Made by a program: the position numbers and the translations under genes. Source: an uncultured bacterium (GTDB lineage Bacteria; Edwardsbacteria; AC1; EtOH8). Taken from it: DNA of 64,000 nt. The stretch lies in the NCBI GenBank assembly GCA_964518765.1, contig CAZFJC010000004.1:60518-124517 (forward strand), written 5' to 3'. The notes below the pieces were generated by a model that was not told where the DNA came from, ran no database searches, and saw nothing but the letters and a program-made list of their open reading frames with translations. Below, one piece after another: positions 1 to 8,638 of the stretch (position 1 is its first letter; the number at the start of each line of letters is the position of its first letter).

Positions 1-2
1 AG

Positions 3-308
3 CGCCTGGGATCCGAGCTCCTGGCGGCCGACGAGCTGGCCCATGCCAAGGCCCAGATTAAGGGCTCTATGATGCTAAGCCTGGAGAGCGTTTCCAGCCG
101 CATGTTCCGGGTGGCCCGCACTGCCATCGCCGGGATGCCCTTCATGCCCCTGGGAGAGGTTCTGTCCAGGATCGATCGTGTATCGGCCGGCGACGTCCGC
201 CGCCTGGCCGCCAGGACCTTCCGCCCCGAACGCCTGGCTATCTCGGCCATCGGCCCCCTGCCCCGCAGCGGGATAGACCTGGACGGACTGAGGGATCTGC
301 TGGCCTGA
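3..308 (+). CDS. M16 (pitrilysin) family peptidase, C-terminal part, truncated by window edge
   Basis: Frame open from base 3: RLGSELLAADELAHAKAQIKGSMMLSLESVSSRMFRVAR, the typical M16 C-terminal AK.Q.KG.L.L.LES..SRM pattern. Confidence 0.8.
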   Translation, partial: RLGSELLAADELAHAKAQIKGSMMLSLESVSSRMFRVARTAIAGMPFMPLGEVLSRIDRVSAGDVRRLAARTFRPERLAISAIGPLPRSGIDLDGLRDLLA

Positions 309-321
309 CACTGGAAGTCTC

Positions 322-421
322 TGTCACCCTGAGAAGGACCCGCGTGCTCGGCAGGCTGAAGGGTGGCCGTCCCTCACCATGCTTCAATCTGTGAGGCAAG
401 GCAGCCGGACTCAGCATGACA
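322..421. repeat. REP-like palindromic element, copy A of the TGTCACCCTGA family
   Basis: TGTCACCCTGAG (322-333) is near-complementary to CTCAGCATGACA (410-421); inner TGAAGGGTGG/CCATGCTTCA arm; same core recurs at 43272, 52335, 52490, 61368. Confidence 0.75.
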
Positions 422-445
422 AAAGAAAAATATAGGAGTTTCGCC

Positions 446-1654
446 ATGTCCAAGACATCGCTGCAGATCTCCCGGCGCACCGCGGCCATGCAGGCCTCGC
501 CCATCCGCCGCCTGGTCCCCCTGGCCGACCAGGCCAAGGCCAGGGGCCTCAAGGTTTACCATCTGAACATCGGACAGCCGGACATCCCCACCCCGGCCGA
601 GGTCATGGAGGCGGTCAAGAATTTCAGGGAGGAGGTGCTGGCCTACGGACCGTCGCTGGGCCTGCCGGAGCTGCGCCAGGAGATCAGGAAGTATTTCGAG
701 CAGCGGGACGCTCCGCTCTCGGCCGACGACATCATGGTGACCACGGCCGGGTCCGAGGCCATCGTCTTCTCCCTGCTGGCGGTGGGCGATCCGGGCGACG
801 AGGTGCTGGTGCCCGAGCCGTTCTACACCAACTACAACGGTTTCGCCTCCATGGCCGACATGAGGCTGGTGCCGGTGCCCACCGACGTCGAGGCCGGCTT
901 CGCCCTGCCCTCCCGCTCCGAATTCGCCAAGCGGATCACCAAGAGGACCCGGGCTATCCTCTTCTGCTCGCCCAACAACCCCACCGGCGCCGTCTTCTCC
1001 CGCCAGGACCTGGAGATGCTGGCCGAGCTGGCCAAGGAGCGCAACCTGTGGCTGTTGTCCGACGAGGTCTACCGCGAGTTCGTCTACGACGGCGGCCGGC
1101 ACACCGGCATCCTCAACATCCCGGGGATCGAGGATCGGGCCGTCATGATGGACTCCATCTCCAAGCGGTTCTCGGCCTGCGGGGCCCGCATCGGCTGCGT
1201 GGTCTGCCGCAACAAGGAGGTGATGCAGGCCATGCTCAAGCTGGGCCAAGCGCGATTGTGCCCCCCGACCATCGAACAGGTGGGGGCCATCGCCGCTTAT
1301 CGATCCATTGACAAATATATAAAAAAGATGATCGCCGAGTACCAGCGCCGCCGCGACGTGGTCTGCGAAGAGTTGGCCAAGATAGAGGGGGCCGTCTTCC
1401 GCAAGCCGGCTGGAGCCTTCTACATCATGCCCCAGCTGCCCATCGACGACGCCAACAAGTTTGCCGAGTTCATGCTGTCCGAGTTCTCGGTGGACGGCGC
1501 CACCACCATGGTGGCCCCGGGCGACGGCTTCTACGCCGATCCCGCCAAGGGCAAACGCGAGGTGCGCATCGCCTACGTGCTCAAGGAAGCCGACCTGCGC
1601 AAGGCCATGCAGATACTGGCCAAGGGGGTGGAGGCGTACCAGAGGAAGAGATAA
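446..1654 (+). CDS. Class I/II PLP-dependent aminotransferase (aspartate aminotransferase-like)
   Basis: HLNIGQPD, CSPNNPTG, SDEVYREF, SISKRFSACGARIG motifs; SD AGGAG at 434-438 supports ATG 446. Confidence 0.95.
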   Translation: MSKTSLQISRRTAAMQASPIRRLVPLADQAKARGLKVYHLNIGQPDIPTPAEVMEAVKNFREEVLAYGPSLGLPELRQEIRKYFEQRDAPLSADDIMVTTAGSEAIVFSLLAVGDPGDEVLVPEPFYTNYNGFASMADMRLVPVPTDVEAGFALPSRSEFAKRITKRTRAILFCSPNNPTGAVFSRQDLEMLAELAKERNLWLLSDEVYREFVYDGGRHTGILNIPGIEDRAVMMDSISKRFSACGARIGCVVCRNKEVMQAMLKLGQARLCPPTIEQVGAIAAYRSIDKYIKKMIAEYQRRRDVVCEELAKIEGAVFRKPAGAFYIMPQLPIDDANKFAEFMLSEFSVDGATTMVAPGDGFYADPAKGKREVRIAYVLKEADLRKAMQILAKGVEAYQRKR

Positions 1655-1672
1655 AAAATCCCTTCCCTTTGT

Positions 1673-1703
1673 ACAGAACCCTTTCCTTGGGAAAGGGTTC
1701 TGT
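1673..1703. terminator. Perfect 14-bp hairpin after the aminotransferase
   Basis: ACAGAACCCTTTCC-TTG-GGAAAGGGTTCTGT; no clean U-tract. Confidence 0.55.
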
Positions 1704-1713
1704 CCGTTGAACC

Positions 1714-1740
1714 GGAAACATTTCGTATCGTCAATGCGTA
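1714..1740 (+). promoter_or_regulatory. Possible ECF (SigW-like) promoter
   Basis: GGAAAC-N17-CGTA ending 36 nt before the ABC ATPase ATG; one mismatch to the TGAAAC sites at 17651 and 18482. Confidence 0.3.
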
Positions 1741-1776
1741 GTCCGTATATCTCCCAATTTCACTTTTCATAACGCC

Positions 1777-2676
1777 ATGCAGCTCACCATCCAAAACCTC
1801 TCCAAGACCTACCCCACCGGCGTCAAGGCCCTGGACGGCGTGTCGCTTACCATCACCAGCGGCATGTTCGGCCTTTTAGGCCCCAACGGCGCCGGCAAGT
1901 CCACCCTGATGCGCACCCTGGCCACCCTGCAGGACGCAGACCAGGGCTCGGCCGACCTGGACGGCCTGGACGTGCTGAAGGAGAAGAACGAGGTCCGCAA
2001 GATATTGGGCTACCTGCCCCAGGAGTTCGGGCTGGACCCCAAGGCGGTCTGCCGGGACCTGCTGGACCACTTCGCCGGCCTTAAGGGCCTGCCGCCGGGT
2101 CCGTCCCGGAAGGCCGAGGTCGACGGGCTTATGCGGCAGACCAACCTCTGGGAGCACCGAGGCAAGCGCCTGGGCGGCTTCTCCGGAGGCATGAAGCAGC
2201 GCTTCGGCATCGCCCAGGCCCTGCTGGGGGGCCCCAAGCTGCTGATCGTGGACGAGCCCACCGCCGGCCTGGACCCCGAGGAGCGCCAGCGCTTCCACAA
2301 CCTGCTGGCCGAGATCGGGCAGAACGTGGTGGTCATCCTCTCCACCCACATCGTGGACGACGTCTCGGACCTCTGCGACCAGATGGCCATCATCCACAAG
2401 GGGAAGGTCCTTCTCTTCGGAAAACCCCAGGACCAGGTGGCAAGCCTGCAGGGCAAGGTGTGGACCAGGGAGACCGATAAGTCCGCGCTCCCCGCCCTCA
2501 GGGAGAAGCACCTGGTCATCTCCACCCGGCTCTATGGAGGGAAGACCATTGCCCGGGTCTACGGCGAGACGGACCCCGGCGAGGGCTTCGCCCCGGCCCA
2601 GGCCGACCTGGAGGACGTCTACTTCGCCACCATCCGCCGGGCCGACGCCAGTTTCGAGAACGGAAACGGAAAGTGA
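1777..2676 (+). CDS. ABC transporter ATP-binding protein
   Basis: Walker A GPNGAGKS, signature FSGGMKQ, Walker B LIVDEP, H-loop STH. Confidence 0.95.
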   Translation: MQLTIQNLSKTYPTGVKALDGVSLTITSGMFGLLGPNGAGKSTLMRTLATLQDADQGSADLDGLDVLKEKNEVRKILGYLPQEFGLDPKAVCRDLLDHFAGLKGLPPGPSRKAEVDGLMRQTNLWEHRGKRLGGFSGGMKQRFGIAQALLGGPKLLIVDEPTAGLDPEERQRFHNLLAEIGQNVVVILSTHIVDDVSDLCDQMAIIHKGKVLLFGKPQDQVASLQGKVWTRETDKSALPALREKHLVISTRLYGGKTIARVYGETDPGEGFAPAQADLEDVYFATIRRADASFENGNGK

Positions 2677-2680
2677 AACA

Positions 2681-2776
2681 AACCACAAAGACACTAAGGG
2701 CACGAAGGGTTTTCCCCTTTGACGTAGGCTTCCGAGTATTGAAGAATGTCCTTAGTGCCTTCGTGTCTTCGTGGTT
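2681..2776. repeat. Imperfect ~27-bp inverted repeat built of ACACNAAG-like units
   Basis: AACCACAAAGACACTAAGGGCACGAAGG (2681-2708) versus CCTTAGTGCCTTCGTGTCTTCGTGGTT (2750-2776). Confidence 0.7.
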
Positions 2777-2787
2777 AAGGTAAAGGC

Positions 2788-5700
2788 ATGTTCAAAGAGA
2801 TACTCCTTTTCGAGCTGACCTACCGTCTCAAGAAGCTCTCCACCTGGATCTACTTCGGCGGCGTCTTCGCCATGGCCTTCCTGGCCATCCTCGGGGCCGG
2901 CGGGGTGCTGGGCAGCGGCAACGTCGTCCTCGGCGACGCCTCGGGCAAGGTTTACCTCAACTCGCCGCTGACCATCTACCTGCTCTGCGGCTTCATGGCC
3001 TACTTCGGGATGCTGGTGGTCTCGGCGGTCATGGCCGGCGGCATCGTCCGCGACTTCGAGCACGGCTCCCACCCCTTCTTCTTCACCAAGCCGGTGACCA
3101 AGCTGGCCTACCTGGGAGGCCGGTTCCTGGGCTCCTTCGCCGTGCTGGTGATGATCTTTTCGGCCTCCGCCCTGGGGGCCATGGCGGCCACCTCGCTGCC
3201 GGTGTTCGACAAGGCCCTCATCGGCCCGTTCAATCTGATCTACTATGTCTGGCCCTATCTGGTCAGCGTCGTCCCCAACCTCTTCCTGATGGCCGCCGTC
3301 TTCTTCGGTCTGACCATCCTTTTTCGCAAGCTGATGCCGGTCTACGTGGCCGCGGTAGTGCTCTTTTTGGGGTACCTGATGGCCTCCAACATGATCGCCG
3401 TCATCGAGAACCGCACCCTGGCGGCGCTGATCGACCCCCTGGGCATGACCGCCGGGGTAGTGACCGCCTTCAGGTACTGGACCATCGCCGAGAAGAACAC
3501 CCGACTCATGCCCCTGGAGGGCCTGTTCCTGCTCAACCGGGCCGTCTGGCTGCCGCTGGCCGCGGCCTTCCTGGCCCTCTCCTTCCGGATCTTCCGCTTC
3601 TCCCAGTTCGCCCCCGGCCTCAAACCCCTGCGGAAAGCAGGTGGCCCTGAGCCCGAATCCCCCGGTCCCGCGGCCCCGCCGGCCGCCATCCCCATCGAAA
3701 AGAGCTTCGGGGCAAACGACCGGCTGCGCCTGCTGGGCGGCGGGGCCTGGCGGGAGTTTTTGGCCGTGTCCGGCAACGTCTACTTCGGGGTGATACTGAT
3801 CTTCGGCGTGCTGTTCGTGCTGGTGAACGCCAAGAACCTGGGCCGGATGTACGACACCGACGTCTGGCCGGTGACGGCCATGGTCACCGAGAACTTCAGC
3901 GGCATGTTCGTCATCTTCGTGATGATCATCCTCACCTTCTTCTCGGGCGAGGCCGTCTGGCGCGAGCGCGACCGCCGCTCCAGCCAGATCCTGGACGCCA
4001 TGCCCGTGCCCGGCTGGCTGCCGCTGGCCTCAAAGCTTCTGGGCCTGGCCCTGGTAATGGCCCTGCTGATGGGGGTGCTGATGCTGGCCGGCATGGCCTA
4101 CCAGGCCTTCTCCGGCTACTTTCGCTTTCAGCCCGGGCTCTACCTGGCCGACCTCTTCGCACTCCGCCTGCCCGATTTCCTCCTGCTGGTGGCGCTGACG
4201 GTATTCGTCCACGTCATGGTGGACAACAAGTACCTGGGCCACTTCGCCATGATCGGCTACTACCTGTTCACCGCCTTCATGTCCCAGTTCGGGCTGGAAC
4301 ACGGCATCTACCGGTTCTCCTCGGACCCGGGCTATCGCTACTCCGACATGAACGGCTACGGCGGCTACCTGCCCGGCTTCCTTTCCTTCAAGCTCTACTG
4401 GGCGGCCCTGGCCGGCGTCCTGGCCGTCGTCGCCTACCTGTTCATGGTCAGGGGCACTATGTCCTCTTTCCGGGAGAGGCTGGGCCTGGCCCGGCGGCGG
4501 TTGACCAGGCTGGCCGCCGTCTCCCTGGCCGTCTTCGCCGCCTGCTTCGTCGCCCTCGGGGCCTGGATCTACTACAACACCAACGTCCTCAACATCTACC
4601 GCTCCCGTTCCGATCAGGAAAGGCTGCAGGCCGAGTACGAGAGGTTATATAAAAAATATGAGGCCATGCCCCAGCCCCGGATCGTGGCCGCCGAGGTGTC
4701 GGTGGATTTCTACCCCGAACGCCAGGCGGTGTCCCTGGCCGGAAGTTTCGTTCTCAAGAACAAGGCCGCCGTTCCAATCGACACCGTGTTGCTTTCCATA
4801 CCCAAGGAGGAGCTGGTCATCAGGAAGCTGGCCTTTGACCGGCCCTTCAGGCAAACGCTGTCCGACCGCCCACGGGGCTTCGCCGTCTACGCCCTGGAGA
4901 AGCCTCTGGCCCCGGGCGATTCCATATGCCTGGATTTCGAGGTCTCCTGCGCCATCCGCGGCTTCCGCAGCTCGGGCCTGAACACCGACCTGGCCAGGAA
5001 CGGAGCCTTCGTCAACAACAAGGATTACCTGCCGTCCATCGGCTACCAGGAGCAGGCGGAGATATCGAGCGACCGGGAGCGCAAAAGGCAGGGCCTGGCG
5101 CCCAAGGCGCGGATGGCCCCGGTCGGCGACTCGCTGGCCAGCATGAACACCTACATCGGCAACGACGCCGACTGGATACGCTTCTCCTGCACCGTGGGCA
5201 CCGACAGCGGCTATACAGCCCTGGCGCCTGGTTATCTGGAAAAGGAATGGTCGGAGGGCGGGCGACGCTACTTTCGCTACTCCATGGACAGCCCCATCTT
5301 CAACTTTTACTCCTTCCTCTCGGGAAAATGGAAGGTGGCCCGGGACTCCTGGAAAGGCGTGGCCATTGAGGTCCACCACCATCCGGACCACGTTTACAAC
5401 GTAGGTCGGATGATCGAGGCCGTCAAGCGTTCGTTGGACTACTACACCGCCAACTTCGGCCCCTACCAGCACCGGCAGGTGCGGATCATCGAGTTCCCCC
5501 GCTACCAGGTCTTCGCCCAGAGCTTCCCCAACACCATACCCTATTCCGAGGCCATCGGCTTCATCGCCCGGGTGGACGAGGGGAAAAGGGACGAGGTGGA
5601 CTACGTCACCTGGGTGACCGCCCACGAGGTGGCCCACCAGTGGTGGGCCCACCAGGTGATAGGCGGCAACGTCCAGGGGGCCACCCTCCTGTCCGAGGTC

Positions 5701-6450
5701 CTGGCCCAGTATTCGTCGCTGCAGGTGCTGCGGGCGACCCACGGCGAGGCCGCCCTGCGCAAGTACCGCCGCTACGAGCTGGACGAGTACCTGGAGGGCC
5801 GGGCCAACGAGCGCAAGAAGGAGGTGCCGCTGGCGCTGGTCGAGAACCAGGGCTACCTGCACTACAACAAGGGCGCCATCGTGATGGACGCCCTGCGCGA
5901 GTATGCCGGCGAGGCCCGGCTCAATGCGGTGCTGGCGGCGTTCGTGCGCGACTACAAGTTCCAGCGGCCGCCTTTCGTCAATTCGCCGGTGTTCATGCGG
6001 TACCTCCGAGCCGCCATCCCGGACTCACTGCAGTACCTGGTGCGCGACTGGTTCGAGGACATCGTGCTCTACGATAACCGGGCGCTGTCGGCCACGCGGG
6101 AGCAGCTTCCCGACGGCCGCTGGCGCGTCACGGCCGTCATCGCGCTGCGCAAGCTGCGGGCCGACAGCCTGGGCGGCGAGACGGTCCTGCCGCTGTGGGA
6201 CTACGTCCCGGTGGCGGCGCTGGGACGGGGCGACAGCGTGCTGGCCCGGCGGATGGTGCTGGCCGACCGCGACACGCTCACCGTGGAGCTGGAAAGCGTC
6301 GGCGAGCCGCTCAAGGCGGGCATCGACCCCGAGTACTACCTGATCGACAAGCGGCCGGAGGACAACCTGGCCAAGTGCGGCGGCGGCAAGGGCCCGGCCG
6401 AGAAGGAGGGCCGCTCCGGCGGCGTCCACATTGGCGTCACCATCGACTGA
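2788..6450 (+). CDS. ABC-2-type permease fused to a C-terminal M1-like zinc aminopeptidase
   Basis: Two multi-TM halves followed by a soluble domain with HEVAH, distal Glu (LLSEVLAQY) and YNKG. Confidence 0.9.
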   Translation: MFKEILLFELTYRLKKLSTWIYFGGVFAMAFLAILGAGGVLGSGNVVLGDASGKVYLNSPLTIYLLCGFMAYFGMLVVSAVMAGGIVRDFEHGSHPFFFTKPVTKLAYLGGRFLGSFAVLVMIFSASALGAMAATSLPVFDKALIGPFNLIYYVWPYLVSVVPNLFLMAAVFFGLTILFRKLMPVYVAAVVLFLGYLMASNMIAVIENRTLAALIDPLGMTAGVVTAFRYWTIAEKNTRLMPLEGLFLLNRAVWLPLAAAFLALSFRIFRFSQFAPGLKPLRKAGGPEPESPGPAAPPAAIPIEKSFGANDRLRLLGGGAWREFLAVSGNVYFGVILIFGVLFVLVNAKNLGRMYDTDVWPVTAMVTENFSGMFVIFVMIILTFFSGEAVWRERDRRSSQILDAMPVPGWLPLASKLLGLALVMALLMGVLMLAGMAYQAFSGYFRFQPGLYLADLFALRLPDFLLLVALTVFVHVMVDNKYLGHFAMIGYYLFTAFMSQFGLEHGIYRFSSDPGYRYSDMNGYGGYLPGFLSFKLYWAALAGVLAVVAYLFMVRGTMSSFRERLGLARRRLTRLAAVSLAVFAACFVALGAWIYYNTNVLNIYRSRSDQERLQAEYERLYKKYEAMPQPRIVAAEVSVDFYPERQAVSLAGSFVLKNKAAVPIDTVLLSIPKEELVIRKLAFDRPFRQTLSDRPRGFAVYALEKPLAPGDSICLDFEVSCAIRGFRSSGLNTDLARNGAFVNNKDYLPSIGYQEQAEISSDRERKRQGLAPKARMAPVGDSLASMNTYIGNDADWIRFSCTVGTDSGYTALAPGYLEKEWSEGGRRYFRYSMDSPIFNFYSFLSGKWKVARDSWKGVAIEVHHHPDHVYNVGRMIEAVKRSLDYYTANFGPYQHRQVRIIEFPRYQVFAQSFPNTIPYSEAIGFIARVDEGKRDEVDYVTWVTAHEVAHQWWAHQVIGGNVQGATLLSEVLAQYSSLQVLRATHGEAALRKYRRYELDEYLEGRANERKKEVPLALVENQGYLHYNKGAIVMDALREYAGEARLNAVLAAFVRDYKFQRPPFVNSPVFMRYLRAAIPDSLQYLVRDWFEDIVLYDNRALSATREQLPDGRWRVTAVIALRKLRADSLGGETVLPLWDYVPVAALGRGDSVLARRMVLADRDTLTVELESVGEPLKAGIDPEYYLIDKRPEDNLAKCGGGKGPAEKEGRSGGVHIGVTID

Positions 6451-6482
6451 GGGGCGCCGCCCCGGATTCAGGCGGCTGCTCC

Positions 6483-6632
6483 GTCGGTGGGAAACGCTCT
6501 GAGGAAAGCTGCCGACGCTTGTCCCCCTGATGCGACCTCTCCGGCGGTGGCGGCTGGACACCGGAGGATAACGAAAGCCTGCCGAGGGACGGCGGAATTA
6601 CGGGATCGCGGCGGGACTTCAGTGGTTCCGAC
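6483..6632 (+). ncRNA. Candidate 6S RNA
   Basis: Rod-like pairings: GTCGG/CCGAC, CTGAGG 6499-6504/CTTCAG 6617-6622, GTCCC 6521-6525/GGGAT 6602-6606, apical TCTCCGG/CCGGAGG; ends resemble E. coli 6S as recalled from memory; followed by a terminator. Confidence 0.55.
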
Positions 6633-6634
6633 CG

Positions 6635-6661
6635 AAAAAGGGCCGACAACGGCCCTTTTTT
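6635..6661. terminator. Rho-independent terminator, symmetric A/T tracts
   Basis: AAAAAGGGCCG-ACAA-CGGCCCTTTTTT. Confidence 0.85.
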
Positions 6662-6675
6662 ATCGAAAAAAAGGG

Positions 6676-6704
6676 TTGTCATGGCAGTTGGTTAGGGTTA
6701 TAAT
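6676..6704 (+). promoter_or_regulatory. sigma70 promoter for the dut operon
   Basis: TTGTCA-N17-TATAAT. Confidence 0.75.
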
Positions 6705-6813
6705 ATTGGATGTCAGTCAATCCATCCCGGTTTCCGGACCGGCCTTCGCTCTATACCTATATATTTATAGTTAATACTTATCCATGCCGTCATACGATGT
6801 TCGCCCCAGGCGG

Positions 6814-7299
6814 ATGAAGGTGAATTTCCGTAAACTCGCCCCGGCTGCCAGGATACCCGCCTACGCCACCGCCCACGCCGCCGGACTGGACCTGTGCGCC
6901 GCCATCGGCAAGCCCCTTCGCCTTTTGCCCGGGCGGTTCCGGCTGGTGCCCACCGGTCTGGCCCTGGAGATACCCCCGGGCTACGAGGGGCAGGTACGCC
7001 CCCGCAGCGGCCTGGCCCTTAGATATGGGATTTCTATTGTCAACTCCCCCGGCACCATCGATGCCGACTATCGGGGCGAGGTCGGGGTGATTCTGATAAA
7101 CCTGGGATCCAAATCATTCACGGTGAAGCCGGGTGACCGCATAGCTCAACTGGTGATCGCGCCGGTTGTCAGGGCATCGTTTGTCGAAAGAAAGACTCTG
7201 AGAATGACCAGACGCGGCTCGGGCGGATTCGGCCACACCGGGGTGGGGCGCTCCCTCACCCGAACCCTCTCCCCCAACCCTCACCCGAAAAGGAGGTGA
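6814..7299 (+). CDS. dut: dUTPase
   Basis: [42 protein letters not shown] motifs; alternative start 6784. Confidence 0.95.
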   Translation: MKVNFRKLAPAARIPAYATAHAAGLDLCAAIGKPLRLLPGRFRLVPTGLALEIPPGYEGQVRPRSGLALRYGISIVNSPGTIDADYRGEVGVILINLGSKSFTVKPGDRIAQLVIAPVVRASFVERKTLRMTRRGSGGFGHTGVGRSLTRTLSPNPHPKRR

Positions 7300-7303
7300 G
7301 GGC

Positions 7304-8638
7304 ATGCCCCACCGCTCCGGACACTTTGCCGCCGCCCTGAGCGAACGACCCTTCGCCCTGTTCATCGCCGGCCAGTTCGTCTCCCAGTTCGGCGACTACC
7401 TGGCCCAGATAGCCCTCATCGGGGTGGTCGGCGTCTACACCACCCGGGCCCCTCTGGCCTACTCCCAGCTGACGGTGGCCATCGCCCTGCCGGCGCTCCT
7501 CTTCGGGCCCATCATCGGCACCCTGGTGGACCGCCGCCCCAAACGTTCGGTGCTGATGGTCGCCGACGGTCTGCGGGCGGTGATCATCGGCCTCATCCCG
7601 CTGGCCATGAAGACCACCGGCTCGGTGCTCATCCTCTTCCCCATGGTCTTCGCCTCCTTCATGCTGGGCCTGTTCGCCAGCTCGGCCCGCTACTCGCTGA
7701 TCCCTTCCCTAGTGCCGCCCCGGAAGATCTTCGCCGCCAACGCAGTGATGAACTTCATCAATAAACTGGCCGGCGTCCTGGGTTTCGCCGGCGGAGGCTT
7801 CCTGGTGGTGGGCGGTTTCTGGCGCCATCTGCGGCTGGAGCCATGGGAGGCGGGCTTCTATCTGGACAGCCTCACCTTCATGGCCTCGGTGGCCACCGTG
7901 GCCCTGCTGGGGATCAGGGAGCAGTACCAGCCGCGGGAAAGGGAATCCTCCTTCCGCGACCTGTGGGCGCGCCGCATCCGCAATTTTCAGGAGGACCAGC
8001 GCGAGCTGTTGGCCCTGGTCCGGACCAACCGCCCGGTGCGCTTCACCGTGGCCACCCTGCTGCTGGTGGCCGTCTTCGGGGGCACCCTCTACCCCTTGAT
8101 CGTGGTCATCGTCCAGAAGGGCCCACAGATAGTGATCGGCGGGGAGTTGGGGCTGCCCCGGATAGGGGCCACCCACCGGGTGGGTTTTCTGGGGGGCGTT
8201 TTGGCCATAGGCATGATGCTGGGATCGCTTTCGGCCGGCTTCCTCTTCCACCGTCTATCGCGACGGGCCATGGCGGTGGCCGGCCTGGCCGTCACCGGCC
8301 TCCTCATGAGCCTGTTCGCCCTATCCCGGCAATACTGGGAGTTCCTGCCGGTGGCCCTGATGGCGGGTTTCTTCCTCTCGCCGGTGATGATTGCCCAGGA
8401 TACCCTGCTGCACGAATCGGCGCCGGAGTCCATCTGGGGCCGGGTTTTCTCCGGCCGCGACCTCATCCTGAACGGTGGTTTTATGCTCTCCTCCCTAATC
8501 TTCGGCGCCCTGGCCCAGCTGGTCCTTCCCGCCCTGGGCACGGTCAACCATGAACGAGTAGCTCTTTTCTGGATCGGCATGTTGCTGATGGCCGCTGCCC
8601 CCCTGTCACTGGCCATCGGCCGCGGGAGGCAGACATGA
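7304..8638 (+). CDS. MFS transporter
   Basis: About 12 hydrophobic segments, GQFVSQFGD and motif A-like GTLVDRRPKR. Confidence 0.9.
   Translation: MPHRSGHFAAALSERPFALFIAGQFVSQFGDYLAQIALIGVVGVYTTRAPLAYSQLTVAIALPALLFGPIIGTLVDRRPKRSVLMVADGLRAVIIGLIPLAMKTTGSVLILFPMVFASFMLGLFASSARYSLIPSLVPPRKIFAANAVMNFINKLAGVLGFAGGGFLVVGGFWRHLRLEPWEAGFYLDSLTFMASVATVALLGIREQYQPRERESSFRDLWARRIRNFQEDQRELLALVRTNRPVRFTVATLLLVAVFGGTLYPLIVVIVQKGPQIVIGGELGLPRIGATHRVGFLGGVLAIGMMLGSLSAGFLFHRLSRRAMAVAGLAVTGLLMSLFALSRQYWEFLPVALMAGFFLSPVMIAQDTLLHESAPESIWGRVFSGRDLILNGGFMLSSLIFGALAQLVLPALGTVNHERVALFWIGMLLMAAAPLSLAIGRGRQT

Noticed and set aside
2674-2700. Other TGAAAC hexamers (2674, 62335, minus-strand 50889 and 62268 regions)
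   Set aside because: No CGTA/CGTC at 16-17 nt spacing
5700-6450. Apparent shift toward CG-rich codons in the 3-prime part of the aminopeptidase fusion
   Set aside because: Impression only; cannot be quantified without computation
6451-6480. GGGGC...GGATTC resembles the tmRNA 5-prime end
   Set aside because: Too short, no tag frame or TPsiC/CCA 3-prime end
6536-6560. TCTCCGG...GGCGGCTGGAC resembles the tRNA-Sec D-arm region
   Set aside because: No UCA anticodon arm, T-loop or acceptor stem follows
6527-6590. CTGATG...CGAAA hammerhead-like core
   Set aside because: Core reads CTGATGC rather than CUGANGA and there is no stem III/UH site
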